Assembly: GCF_009914755.1 (NCBI RefSeq)
Contig: NC_060926.1
DNA: 64,000 bases
Source: the human T2T-CHM13v2.0 reference genome, Homo sapiens
Reading direction: 5' to 3' (one strand)
In this document: piece after piece, positions 39,200 to 52,915 of the stretch
Layout of the letters: each line of letters begins with the position of its first letter
Numbering within the stretch: the first letter of the stretch is position 1
Made by a program: the position numbers and the translations under genes
Notes under the pieces: model-generated
Told to the model about the DNA's origin: nothing
What the model saw: only the letters and a program-made list of their open reading frames with translations
Databases searched by the model: none

Positions 39200-39825
39200 G
39201 CCTCTGTACTCTGAAAAATACCTGGAAAGGACACACCAGAAAGAAGAAGCCACTGAACAGGAAAAGGCCATGAGAGATGAGAAGATGATCAACGGAAGAG
39301 GATATAGGATGAAGATACACAAGTTCGGGTGGGGAGGAGATGAAGAAAAAGAAGAGGATAATTGGAAGGTAAATTAGACTCTTGTAACTTGCTAATTATA
39401 GTGTGGCCATTTCCTATTTGCAGTAGAAATCTGTAGAACTACCTCTCAGGAGGTTCCCTTTCTTCTTCTAGGAAATATCTTTCTCTACCCCTGACCAAAT
39501 TGACTGGTTTGAGTTTGTTGCCTGACGTAAGCAGCATCAATGGGCCCAAGGCTGTGGTACATAAAGCCCACAAACTATGTGGATCACGGTATTCATCCAG
39601 ATTGGAGAAGAATAAGGCTGCCATTTTAGGCCAAAAGGGAGGAGAATAAGGTGACTATGATGTTCAAGAAACTATTTCTTATTGTTTCTGAGGCTCAGAT
39701 GACTCCATGATCTCTGTTATTTGGGCAGTCCATGAAATAATCTAGTGTCCTTTCATTGATTTCCTTCTGCTTATACTAATTTAAGTTGGGTTTCTATTAT
39801 GTGCATTCAAAAGTGTAACTAAACT
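39200..39825 (+). mobile_element. Old MLT1-type LTR fragment
   Basis: 3' end 'tgcttatactaatttaagttgggtttctattatgtgcattcaaaagtgtaactaa' is typical of old MLT1; left boundary uncertain. Confidence 0.5.
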
Positions 39826-39898
39826 TTATCTACGTGGCTCCATTTCCTACTGTATGCCTCTATGCACCTTCTGTTCTACTCACTCTGAACTATTTAAC

Positions 39899-39975
39899 TG
39901 ATATGGTTTGGCTGTGTCCCCACCCAAATCTCATCTTGAATTGTAGCTTCCATAATCCCCAGTTGTTGTAGGGGG

Positions 39976-39978
<3 letters not shown>
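39899..39978 (+). mobile_element. Truncated THE1 LTR (first ~80 bp only)
   Basis: tgatatggtttggctgtgtccccacccaaatctcatcttgaattgtagcttccataatccccagttgttgtaggggggga, then an abrupt switch to non-LTR sequence. Confidence 0.93.
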
Positions 39979-40679
<701 letters not shown>

Positions 40680-42029
40680 CAACTACTTAACTGTTTAGTC
40701 CCTGGTTTGCCCACCCACTCACACATCTCATAGCATATCCACAACATGTTGTGTATTTCTCTATTGCTTTTCTCATTCATCTCTGTATTGTGGTTATTTT
40801 ACCACCTGTCTCTCTCACTAGACTTTAATTCCTTTTGGAAAACCCAATGTTCTGTTTCTCTTTCATGCATTAACTCGCAGCATTTAGTTGGGCTCCATGA
40901 AGGTTTATGGAATGAATGATTTGGGTGAGAGAGTGTCTTAAAATGGGCATGCTCCACTAAATAATTTGTCATTGTCTCTCTAAAGCTGCAAGGTAAATGT
41001 CTTTACTTCCTGTGATATTTGTTCCTGTAATTGAAAAATCTCTATTCTTTGTATTAATGCCTTATTTTTCTGATTTGTCTTCACTCTTATACAGTTATGG
41101 GCAAATTTTCTTCATTATAAAAATATTTTATCTCAGAACCAAATGCTCCGTTTACTAAAATGACACTTTATCTGGTTATTGTGATTTTTCCCCATCTCCT
41201 CTTTCTTTTGTTATTATTGGAACTTCCATTTACACCATGCAAGGTGAATTTTTTTAAAGAAGTGATCCATCCTGCAGAGTGTATTAATTTCAGCATAAAT
41301 GTATGTAAAGTCAACATGTCAGCTATTTTGATTTGCATTAAACTCTATTCTTACTTTGTATTTTATGCCGCAAAAGCTGAGGATGGGGGCGGGGGTGTTG
41401 AGTGAAAAGGATAGACCAGCACAGTATTCATATCTTAGCTTGATAGAGCAGTTTACAATAAATAAATATATAATAATCTCACTATAATAAAGTTTCACTA
41501 AAGTGCAATCATAAATCTTAGGTCAAGGGAATCAAAAACATAATTCAGAAAGGCTTTTGGGGACTTTGAGAGTGGAAGGCACTTAGATATCAGTCAGAAC
41601 TGAGTTCCAATCTCAGTTACCTCACTTACTAGTTGCATAGCCTCCTACAACTCAAAATAAATTTTTATAAATAAATTCAGTCCTGAAGCAAGATCGTAAA
41701 GGATATTCTAGGTAGCACCTGCATAAAAATGCAAATCAGTCTCAATCAGTCAAATAACCAGAAAGCTTTCATTGAAGCTTTGCTTTATGCTGAGCAAGGT
41801 GTAGTGCATCCAAAAACACACGCACAAAAAACAACAACAAAAGCAACAATGCAATAGCTTTAAAAAAACAATCCAGGTCCCCTTGTTTGCTCTGAGTTCT
41901 CTGTGTCAAGACTTGCTCTGTCATCCCTCATTTACCTCATGGCATATATGACTGTTGTTGATCCTTTTTAGAAACCTTCCAAAAACAAAAGCAGAAATAT
42001 AAAAACAGTGGCAATCAAGTATATTTTAT

Positions 42030-43520
<1,491 letters not shown>

Positions 43521-43629
43521 CAAACCTTTTTTTTTTTTTTTTTTTTTTATTTTCCAAGTTTTTCTACGTTAGGTATTCATTCAGCCACCTCTTGCAACTC
43601 ATCTCAAATTCTTTAACTTAAGCCCGTCC

Positions 43630-44018
43630 TGTGGCACTCGGCTTCCGGCACGGAGACCCCACCACACCTTGCTCCCTCTCCATAGATTTTCTGCTCTTTG
43701 ACTGCAGGCGATTTACAGCATTCACACCCCACAAGGCAATCTTTAACCCACAGGGATAGAGTCATCAGATAAATACTCTATTGTAATGTAAAATGCATTT
43801 TTAGGCCCCTCAACAGGTCCCAGCAATTTATCCTTGGTTGTCCACAGCAGTGACCAGATCATTGTTGTGCCCAGAATACCAGCGCCATAACAAAGTTTTG
43901 CAATGGTCTTTCTCCCGTTTCACTCTTCCCAGTCTCTCCCTCCTCCTCCCAAATACACTTTCTACATGCACATAAACCTTATCTCAGGCTTTTCTTTGAG
44001 GGCACCCAGACTAAGACA
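43630..44018 (+). mobile_element. LTR16-like ERVL LTR
   Basis: 'caacaggtcccagc...ttgtccacagcagtgaccag...ctcccaaatacact...aaccttatctcaggcttttctttgagggcacccagactaagaca'. Confidence 0.72.
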
Positions 44019-44399
44019 TGCATATATTAATTTCATCATAATGAAATTCAAGAATACTCAAAGCATTTGATATAATTTTAATGCAAATAAAGGCTCAGAG
44101 TTCTAAAGCACGTGAATAACAAAACAGATTTTTTTTTAATGTAGTAGTACTTCTGGAACCACAGGAGAACTCTGCTGCCCATTAGGCAAGCTTAATACTA
44201 CAATACTACACAGTACATTGCCCTTAACTGTTTTCAGGCTATTACTTAGATTTTATAGGAAATAGATCTGCACCGCAGCTAGAAATGGTAAGAAATGGTT
44301 GAGCAAAGGACAGCTGTTTCCGGTTCCACTGGAGGAATCCCACTGCATGGATGATGGCAAAGATCCTAACATTGTTTACTACTAGAAGCAGCAGTCCCA

Positions 44400-44848
44400 A
44401 GATGTCAACGCTCTGCATGGTTTGCAGTTGCCAGGGTCACCAAGAAAGACACCATCCACACAGGCACTGAATGGACCAACACTTTATGCATATAGAGCAG
44501 AGACAAAGCAAGATCAGCGTCAACAATGAATGTTGGTGCCCACAGCCAGCAGGACTTGCCCTGCATCAGGGAGATGGTCTGCTCACACTCATAAGCCACT
44601 CTCTCCCCTCAAGGACCAGATACAGCGGTGGGATTGGCCAGGTGCCATGTGATACACACGCTGAAGCAAAGAAGTACACTTCAAGTCTGAAATAGGGAAA
44701 AAGACTCTCAAGAGTTCCGGTAAAGAACCTTTATAGCACAGGCTATAAAGTTTCTTTATTTCTCTGTAATGAAATGTTCTAGGACCATGGCACATTGCCA
44801 CTAAGCAGGAGTCAAAAGACTACACACAGGAGACTGCCTTTCCCAACA
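44400..44848 (-). mobile_element. ERVL LTR (MER74/LTR53-like)
   Basis: End 'gactacacacaggagactgcctttcccaaca' is the reverse of a 'tgttgggaaaggcagtctc' start; 'gggtcaccaagaaagacacc...aacactttat'. Confidence 0.6.
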
Positions 44849-46589
44849 GGGATTCAGTGGTTTAAGACATGACATTCATAGGAAGCAATCCCACAGCAGC
44901 TATAAGAATAAAAGTGGATTCTAGGCTCTATATTCTGTCTAGGTGAAACTTTTAGTATGGGTCAGAGGAGTTATTATTATTATTATTATTGTTGTTATTT
45001 TTACAGGACCACCTACCTTTATGGAATTAGAAAGGTCTTTTCTTTTTCTAATTACTTCCCACTTCCTGGCAAGCCTTGATAACCTAATTCAATGGTGCTC
45101 AGAAGAGCCACAGAAATCTACCATTAAAATTGATGGATGGCAGTCATTTCTCACATTGCAGGGAAAATTAAGTTTATAGATATCATCTTTTTCATTTTAA
45201 GTATTTCTTCTATAACTTTGGCCTAAACCTTTGGCATCCGGTCTCCATGGTCTCTGTTAGAAAGCAGTCTACAATGATATCTAATTTAGTACAGTGACAT
45301 ATTTATTTTGCAATATAAATTTGATTACCTCATAGTGTTTTTCAAAAATACCATTCCTTTGGGTGGCTGTGCCACCTGAATTGTTTGAAACATTATCCTA
45401 GTGGAGCATAGTTTAGCTGTTGTACTTTATTAGCTGCCTAAATAGTTGTGTGAGTACTTCACAGGAATTGCCCCAATGTTAAATGAGAATCAAAGAGGTG
45501 GAAAACTAGAATCTGGCCAAGATTTCCTTGAACATCGTCTGATTTTGAATCTATTCTGTTTCCTCTGATTGCCTCTCGCAGGAGCCCTTGAGGAAGCTTT
45601 AGAGAGCAACTGGCATTCTTCTCCTTCCAATGCAGCCCTTTGAACCTCCCACAACTGATACAGTTGCAATGGTCTTATTCATTACCAAGTAATCATTAGA
45701 AGTGATAATGTCACAATACAGTGCTAATTGAAAGGTTAATTCAGCCACAGAAATTTGCCTTAATTGATGAACTGATACCTCATGGGTGAGAAGCTGGGTG
45801 TCTTGTAAAGCATCAAACCATGCAGGCACAATGCATTACAGGACCCAAGAAATCCAAAGGAATTTTCAAGACAGAAACACCCCAGCTGAATGGGCTGCAT
45901 GGAGTAGGGATTCTACAAGACAGCAAGATCAACATTGGTGTGTCTAGGGGGTTATTGAAACAAGCAAGGGCAAAAAATACTGTATGCCCTCTCCATGACT
46001 TGAGTTCTTGAAGTGTCCTGCAAACTTTTCAGTATAGCTGGAGCCCTTTCTTCAAGTCAAATCCCAGAGGAAGATCCAACCACAGCTGTCCTATTTGAAA
46101 TGAGACGGTGAAGGTCTGTAGCCCCCCTAATCTCCCTACCAATTTCCTCCCCACCCAGCCCTTCCAGGAGCTGATATGGGAGTATTTAAGCAGATTTCAG
46201 AGTGGAGTCTTCAGCTGAAGAAATGTGATAAATTCCTAGAATATACACCAGTCCTTCATGTCAGAGCAGCCTCTGGCATGAAGATTACACTGAGATTTAC
46301 TGAACTTGGCTCATCTATCTTCTTGGTTTTCACTGCCTGTCAACCCTGGAAATTATTTACCTTCCCAGAGTTTAGACTAATCCCTAGTTTTCTTCTTTTC
46401 ATTGCCACCCTGCTTATTCACCTGTCAGATGGCAACTATATTTCTTTTCGCTCTGGAGAGTCTACTTGCTTTGAACTTACTTGGTAGATTATAGGGTCTG
46501 AGTACCTTAACTTTTGGGAATTCCACAGACTGCTTTGAACCATTAGAGAATCTGATTATAGCTTTTCAATTGTGTCTCTTTCTCCTATA

Positions 46590-46892
46590 TTTTTTATTTA
46601 TTTATTTTTGAAACGGAGTTTTGCTATTGTCGCCCAGGTTAGAATGCAATGGCACCATCTCAGCTCAGTGTAACCTCTGCCTCTGAGGTTCAAGTGATTG
46701 TCCTGCCTCAGTCTCCTGAGTAGCTGGGATTACAGGTGCCCACTACCATGCCTGGTTAATTTTTGTATTTTTAGTAGAGATGGGGTTTCACCATGTTGGC
46801 CAGTCTGGTCTCAAACTCCTGACCTCAGGTGATCCACCCGCCTTGGCCTCCCGAAGTACCGGGGTTACAGATGTGAGCCACCACGACTGGCC
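46590..46892 (-). mobile_element. AluS (Sq/Sp-like)
   Basis: 'ggagttttgctattgtcgcccagg...gaatgcaatggc...ctgacctcaggtgatccacccgccttggcctcc'. Confidence 0.95.
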
Positions 46893-47749
46893 ATGTTTTT
46901 CCCATTTCTTTAAATTGGAACCTATCACTGTATGAAGAGAAGGGGAGGAACATGAGTTTGCAGCATGACTTTCCCAACATCCCTCTCCAAGGATGAGCCC
47001 AGGTTGTCCCTATAAAATCCAGAACCCAAGGTGTAAAGGAGTAATCTCCCCCACTTTTTTGATGATGTTGGGGGAACTGGAAGGTAAAGCCTGGAAAATT
47101 CTGTCAAGTTAGAATCCTAGTTATCAATCTTGATGCCTCCTTACCTCTTACATCCCACATGCAAGCCCTCACCAGGTGATGTCAATTCTGCCTATTCAAT
47201 CTCTCCAATCCCCTCCACTTTCCTATTCCCAGTGTCACTGCAGGAAAGTCATACCTTACTTCAAGATCAGGCTGTAAACCGTTGAGGCTAGGTGAAAGTC
47301 ATGTATTGTTACAATTATCCGGAATGCCTCGGGAAGGTGCCCCAGTGCAGGCAGACTTACTCCTTCTCAGTAAATCCAACAGTTTTCTCTCTAGGGTTGG
47401 AACAAATTGCTGTTTCTTCAACTGAGCACTAGTTGAAGACATTAATATGTATTTAGGGACCATATTGGATGAAAATATATACATATTTAAACCCTGTTTT
47501 GACATTTAGCATGGTGAGATATCTATACGGTGGGATGCACAGAAATTGAAGAAACAAGAGTTTCGTATCTCACATTTTGGGCTTTCTCTGGAGCATACAC
47601 TCCTTTCACCCAGTGAGGAAGTGTTGGCATTATCTAAAGTGTTATTTCTCTATGTCTGTTTTCTTTCTCCAATTCTCTCCCCTCTCTTTGTTGTTTAGAA
47701 TGTATAATTGAATGCCAGTAATATGATGGGACTCTATTCTGTTTATTTT

Positions 47750-48200
47750 TAGGTACCAACATCTCTTGTCTGAATTACAATGAAAGTTCTCTAAAAAGAC
47801 TCTTATCCCCCAATACTAATCTTCTTCAGTCCATTTACCATCTGAACGCAGGATGATAGCTCAAAAACAAATTTGATCATGCCTCTCCCTCCCTTTTCTT
47901 TTTAAAATCTTTCAACCGCTTCTCATTGTGACATGTCCAAAGCCTTTGGCATGACATAGGAGCCCTTCGTAATCATCTCCCTGTTCTTTGCAAGTCTCTG
48001 CTCTCACCACACTTACACCCATCCCACTGCCATTTCCAGTGAAATCAAACTGCTTGCACTCTCTAAAAGGGCAATACTTCCCATATCTCAAGGCCTTTGC
48101 ACACATCCTCCGTCATCATCCTTGTGTGACTAACTTCTCCTTGTCCTTAAGATTTCAATTTAAACATTAAGTCCTCTGGGACCTTCTTTGCATATCTGTA
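47750..48200 (+). mobile_element. L2 fragment
   Basis: 'aaatttgatcatgcctctccc...tccaaagcctttggcatgacatagg...tctcaaggcctttgcacac...ccttaagatttcaatttaaaca'. Confidence 0.7.
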
Positions 48201-48419
48201 GCACTACCACTTCTCCTGCTGGCTAAACCTTTGCATTTCTATAACTGTAGAGTATTCAAGTCCCCAGTGAAGTCTTGAGCAATCACTCCATATTCTTAAC
48301 ACTCTAAGGAAAGTGAGAGACTTAGACACAATTTTGTTTCATAAGCCATGTTATTGATTTCTTTTCCTGTAACACCAGCTCATTTACAACTCAACAGCAA
48401 TAATAATTATTATAATTAC

Positions 48420-48745
48420 AACAATTTAAGAAGAAGAACTAACACATTTGCAGTGTATATGCCAGGTATTCTTCCAAGATATATAATCTATATATGATAA
48501 ATATATTCATGTTTACTTACTTATACACACATATATTTGCTCTTTTTATCTACAGAATTGCTATTACACTCATATCACAGGTGAAGAACCTGAGTCATAG
48601 AGAGACACTAACTAACTTGCAAGGTGGACACAGAGAATACACACATACAGCTTTTCAGTAAGTTCAATCCAGCCAGTCTTTCCTTCAGTATAGGAACAAA
48701 CTGGAAAAATCAGGATCCAAGCCCAGGAAGTCTGATCTAAGAACC
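48420..48745 (-). mobile_element. MIR (fragmented)
   Basis: 'gtgtatatgccaggtattcttc', 'acaggtgaagaacctgagtcatagagag..taacttgc', 'caggatccaagcccaggaagtctga'. Confidence 0.65.
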
Positions 48746-50239
48746 TGCCTAGCCAGTGTGTCCTCAGCTTCTCTCATGTGTCTGGACTAACTTCTAGTAT
48801 AGACTTTAGTTTGCCATTCTTTCCAGTTGACAGTTACCTACTTTTCATGCTAGCTGCTCAATGGGTGTTCATGCTGCATTGAACAGAAAAAAGTATTCTT
48901 CAAGAAGAGCCCACCCTTAGAAGGCTTACTATGCATGCATGAATAAATTTTTCCATATGCCCTCCCCATCACTGTTGTTTGCCATAACCAGAAGTCCTCT
49001 TACCTCAACAATATCTTTTTTTAGACAAATGGTTGAATTCCACTCACAGAACCACACTAAACATTTCCCTGGACTGCCCTGATCCAAGTATTATGCTATT
49101 TGTATTCATTAAAACTGATTAAGGTTTTCTTTATATTTATCACCAGTTTGACTTTCATAGCTGAGGCTTACTCTGCTATCAGCAGGATTCCTGGTCTCCC
49201 TTGGATGTTTTCAAAGTGAAAGTCCAAGAACACAAATGAATTCTGGCAGCCACAAGTCCCAATTTAGTGTATGAGTTCCAGTGAGATGAGAGGAGCTGTA
49301 TTTTAGGATAAAACAATTAAATAACTCTGAATTAAACCTATGGTGTACTCATCACATTCTTTTCTTAGATTCATGTGCAATGATAATGTACTTGACATGA
49401 TTCAATTATATCTTAAATTCCTGATAGCTAAAGCTAATCAAATAGTAAAATATACCAGTCATATTTACAAGAGTTGTACAGAGCCATTGACCCTGCAAAG
49501 GGCATCTTACCTCTAATTGTGCATTATGGACAGTGTGGCCCCTATAAGCCATAAAAAATAATCATTAAAATGCTAAAATAAGATTATGAGTTCAACCAAA
49601 GGTAGGAGCTCTACATTAAGTTTTATTAATATTGAAAGAGGACGAGAAGCTCAAATGAGGACAAACTATAGCATCTTTTTCTAGTCTGCTATGTGGCTCC
49701 AAACCCAGGTCCCTTACTGTGACCACCAAATGCTTATAATCCCTTGCACACCTAGACAATCTCATTAGAGAAATAGATACTATAGATCCCTCTGGGGATT
49801 TTTCTGTTGAAGTAAGTAGAAGAGTTTAGCTTAAGGAGAATACTATATTCAATTTCACACCTCTGCAACCTGCTCACATTGATTGGCAACAATGCGGGTC
49901 ATCTGGAGTTTGAGATGTGTCTCCTATTTGCAAGGACACACAGCTTCTGCAAGGATGTGTTGCTGGCTATTGCTTTTCAGCACTGCACCACCAAACATGC
50001 CGCAAGGAAAAGTGAAATCTGGCAGCAAACTCTCACCTTCTGGAGTCTGTCTAATGTTCTGCTTGGATTTGTGTATAAAGACACAGGCACTGTATTGCTT
50101 TTCTCAGATGTGCTGTCTGCCTTTGACTTGTACTTCTTCGATAGAAGGAACTTTCCTTTTCTCCCTGTTATTCTTCCTATGACCTTAGATTCAAGGAGAA
50201 TAAAGGAATATAATTTGGAACAATAAATCCTTCTCATCT

Positions 50240-50720
50240 TTCAGGTTTGGTTGAAAAGCTTACCTCGCTATTCCCTAAACACCTAGCTATTATAAACTCT
50301 TATTGACCTGCTATTGTCTGTACCCTGTTAGATCCTTATTCACTTTTATGTGTTTGTATCTCATCTTTCCAACTAGACCATGAGCTCCTTGAAGGCAAAG
50401 ACTGCCTCACACTGTTATGCACCTCCACAGTCCCTAATCTCAGCACCTTACACATAGTAGGCAGCTGGTATTTACCCTTTGATGGATTAATTTATCAGGA
50501 GGAGACACTGCTGATTACAAATATAATCTCCAAATGAGAGCCACTGTGTCTTAGATTGTGCTTGTCACACTTGAATGTGCATATCACTTATCTGGGGATT
50601 CTGGCAAAATGCGGCTTCTGCTTGCTAAAACTGCGGTGGTGCCTGGATTCTGCATGCCCAAATCCCAGGCGATGCCAATGATTCTGGTTTAGGGACCCCA
50701 TTTTAAGAATCAAGACCTTA
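50240..50720. mobile_element. L2 3' end followed by a MER5-type MITE
   Basis: 'aactagaccatgagctccttgaaggcaaagactg...cacatagtaggca'; 'cacttgaatgtgcatatcacttatctgggg...gattctggtttagggaccccattttaagaatcaag'. Confidence 0.7.
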
Positions 50721-51762
50721 GACATGAAGAAAATTAGACGTGAATAAATCATTTAGAAGTCATTTCTTTGCTTTTTACATTTTACAGAGCCATACCTAGA
50801 TCACACTTCTGGTTGATGTGAATCTAACCAGTTTAGAGACTTTCAGAAATATTCAATAACCAATTAAGGGTCTTCTACACAATAATAATAGCTAGTGTGG
50901 CAGGGTAATTCACTGAGGTGCTAATTTGCATGTATTCCCTCTTATTTCTCATGCATTTGTTCTGAGCAAGTAGTCAAGCCCATTCAAATGCTTTGCATCA
51001 GAAACTTCGAGACACGGGGTGGGAGGGCAAGAGCTGCTGGAAGACTCCCTTCTTGTCTCTTTTGAAATTTGAGTGATTGAAAAGATAAGATTAGGCATTC
51101 TTTAGTAAAGGGAGGAGAGAAAAAAAAGATACATAGGAAAAAAAATTGTCCCCAGGGCTGAGAAAAAGAGGAAAATCAGTGTATCTCCTAAATTTAAGCA
51201 CCAGGCAGTCTGGGCACCAGGTATTAAGCTCTCATTCTGTTAATGTGCCTGTGCCATGGATGGCATGGAAGCCACAGATTTCTGGGAACATTTGAGCTCA
51301 GCAAATGGGTATAGTAATAGGAAGCAAGGTGGACTGATATATGGAAGTTTTTCCAATGCTTTAGCACTGCATGGCTACCCTCCTCCCACTACAACCATGC
51401 AAACACCCAATTAATTAATTTAAAATTTAGAAATGGAAAAAAGAAGGAAGAGGAATCATGATAATGTTTAGGAAGAAATGTCAACCTAGCAAGCAAGGTT
51501 TGGAACTGGGTTTAATCTGATTTTAAAGAAGTAAATCAAGGTGCTATTTCTTGTTTAACCACGCGTGTGAAGTATGATTCATACTTGATGAAACATCTAT
51601 TGAGTGACGATTTAAAGATGAAATCAAATCATGTCATCCTCATCCTCCCCCCACCCACACACATACACCTTTCCCAACTCAAAACTTTCTAATGGCTTCC
51701 AAATCCTCTTAGAATAAAATGCAAATTCCTTTCCACGAGCTACAACACTCTGTACTCTACAT

Positions 51763-52102
51763 TTGCACCATCCAGGATGGAAGCCGCTGACCACATGTGG
51801 CAACTAAGCACATGAAATGTGGCTGGTCTGAATTGAGATGTGCTGTAAGTGGAAAATGTACACCAAGTTTCAAAGATTTAGTGTCCCCCACCTCAATGCC
51901 CCCCAAAAAAAGAATATACATGTCAGGTAACATTTTTATAGTGATTGTGTGCTGAAATGATCTTTTGAATATATTGAGTTAAATTAAGCTCACTGCTTAT
52001 TTCTTTTTTCTTTTAATGTAGCCACTAGAAAATTTAACATCACATGTATAGCTTGCATTTTACTGCATATAACTTTGCATTTTACATTTTCCAGCAGTAC
52101 TG
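51763..52102. mobile_element. MER33/MER3-type hAT MITE nested in an L2
   Basis: 'gaccacatgtggcaactaagcacatgaaatgtggctggtctgaattgagatgtgctgtaagtg...aatgtagccactagaaaatttaa'; L2 flanks at ~51620-51755 and ~52105-52560. Confidence 0.85.
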
Positions 52103-52779
52103 TTCCCCAGAACTGCCCTAACCAGACCTCACCTCACACCTCTCCCTTCTCACTCAGTGTCCCAACCTCACAGCACTCTGAGGTCCTCCAGGCAACAGAG
52201 TTCATGTTGACTTGAGAAGGCATGGTGCATCCGTAGTTGTCTCTCTCTGGAAGCTCTTCCCATTAGATAACTGCTTGGCTTCCTTCCTCATTTCATTCAG
52301 CTAAAACTACACTCAAATATCACCTTGCCAGAGAGGCATTCCCTTACCACCCTATCTAAGCCCACTTCCCTTCTTCTTTCTTCCCTTGACCTGCTTTACG
52401 TTGTTCACGTGGCATCAGATTACCCATTTGTTCATTGCCTGTCCAGCCCCACTTGGTCTCAAGTGGCACATCTGTTTCCTTCACTGACACGCCCTCAATA
52501 ACTAGGAAAGTATCTGGCATATAGCAGGTACATGATAAATATTTATTGAGTGATTGGATTCGTTATTTAAAGTGACACTGGCATTAAACCAGTGATTTTG
52601 CGGAGAGCTTTGAATTTTTTTATATTTAATTCTGTTTGTCCTTAAGTAAATTTTTATAGTCTGTCCATAAGTAAAACCTAATTCTATACAAGAGAAAATA
52701 AAAATTTAGAAAAGTTAATAAAAATAACATAGTATGTCCCAAACCCTTTATATAGATGTGTTTACTTGATCCTAAGTGG

Positions 52780-52915
52780 TGAGCACTGTTATTGTCCTTT
52801 ATTTTTTACAGGAGAGGAAACTGAGGCACGGGTAGTCAAGTAACTTGCCTAAGGTCATACAGTCAGTTAGTGGTAGAGCTGGAAGGTAGAGCTAGGAGAG
52901 TCTGACCCCAAAAAT
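52780..52915 (-). mobile_element. MIR
   Basis: 'tttacaggagaggaaactgaggcacggg..caagtaacttgcctaaggtcatacagtcagttagtggtagagctgg'. Confidence 0.88.

Noticed and set aside
39439-39624. 61-aa ATG-initiated ORF on the minus strand
   Set aside because: Lies in an MLT1-like LTR fragment and has no protein similarity I recognise.
44405-44801. GC-richer patch with ORFs that looked exon-like
   Set aside because: Better explained as a MER74/LTR53-like LTR on the minus strand.
49879-50237. Three overlapping ORFs of 86-115 aa
   Set aside because: No recognisable protein similarity or convincing paired splice sites; consistent with chance.
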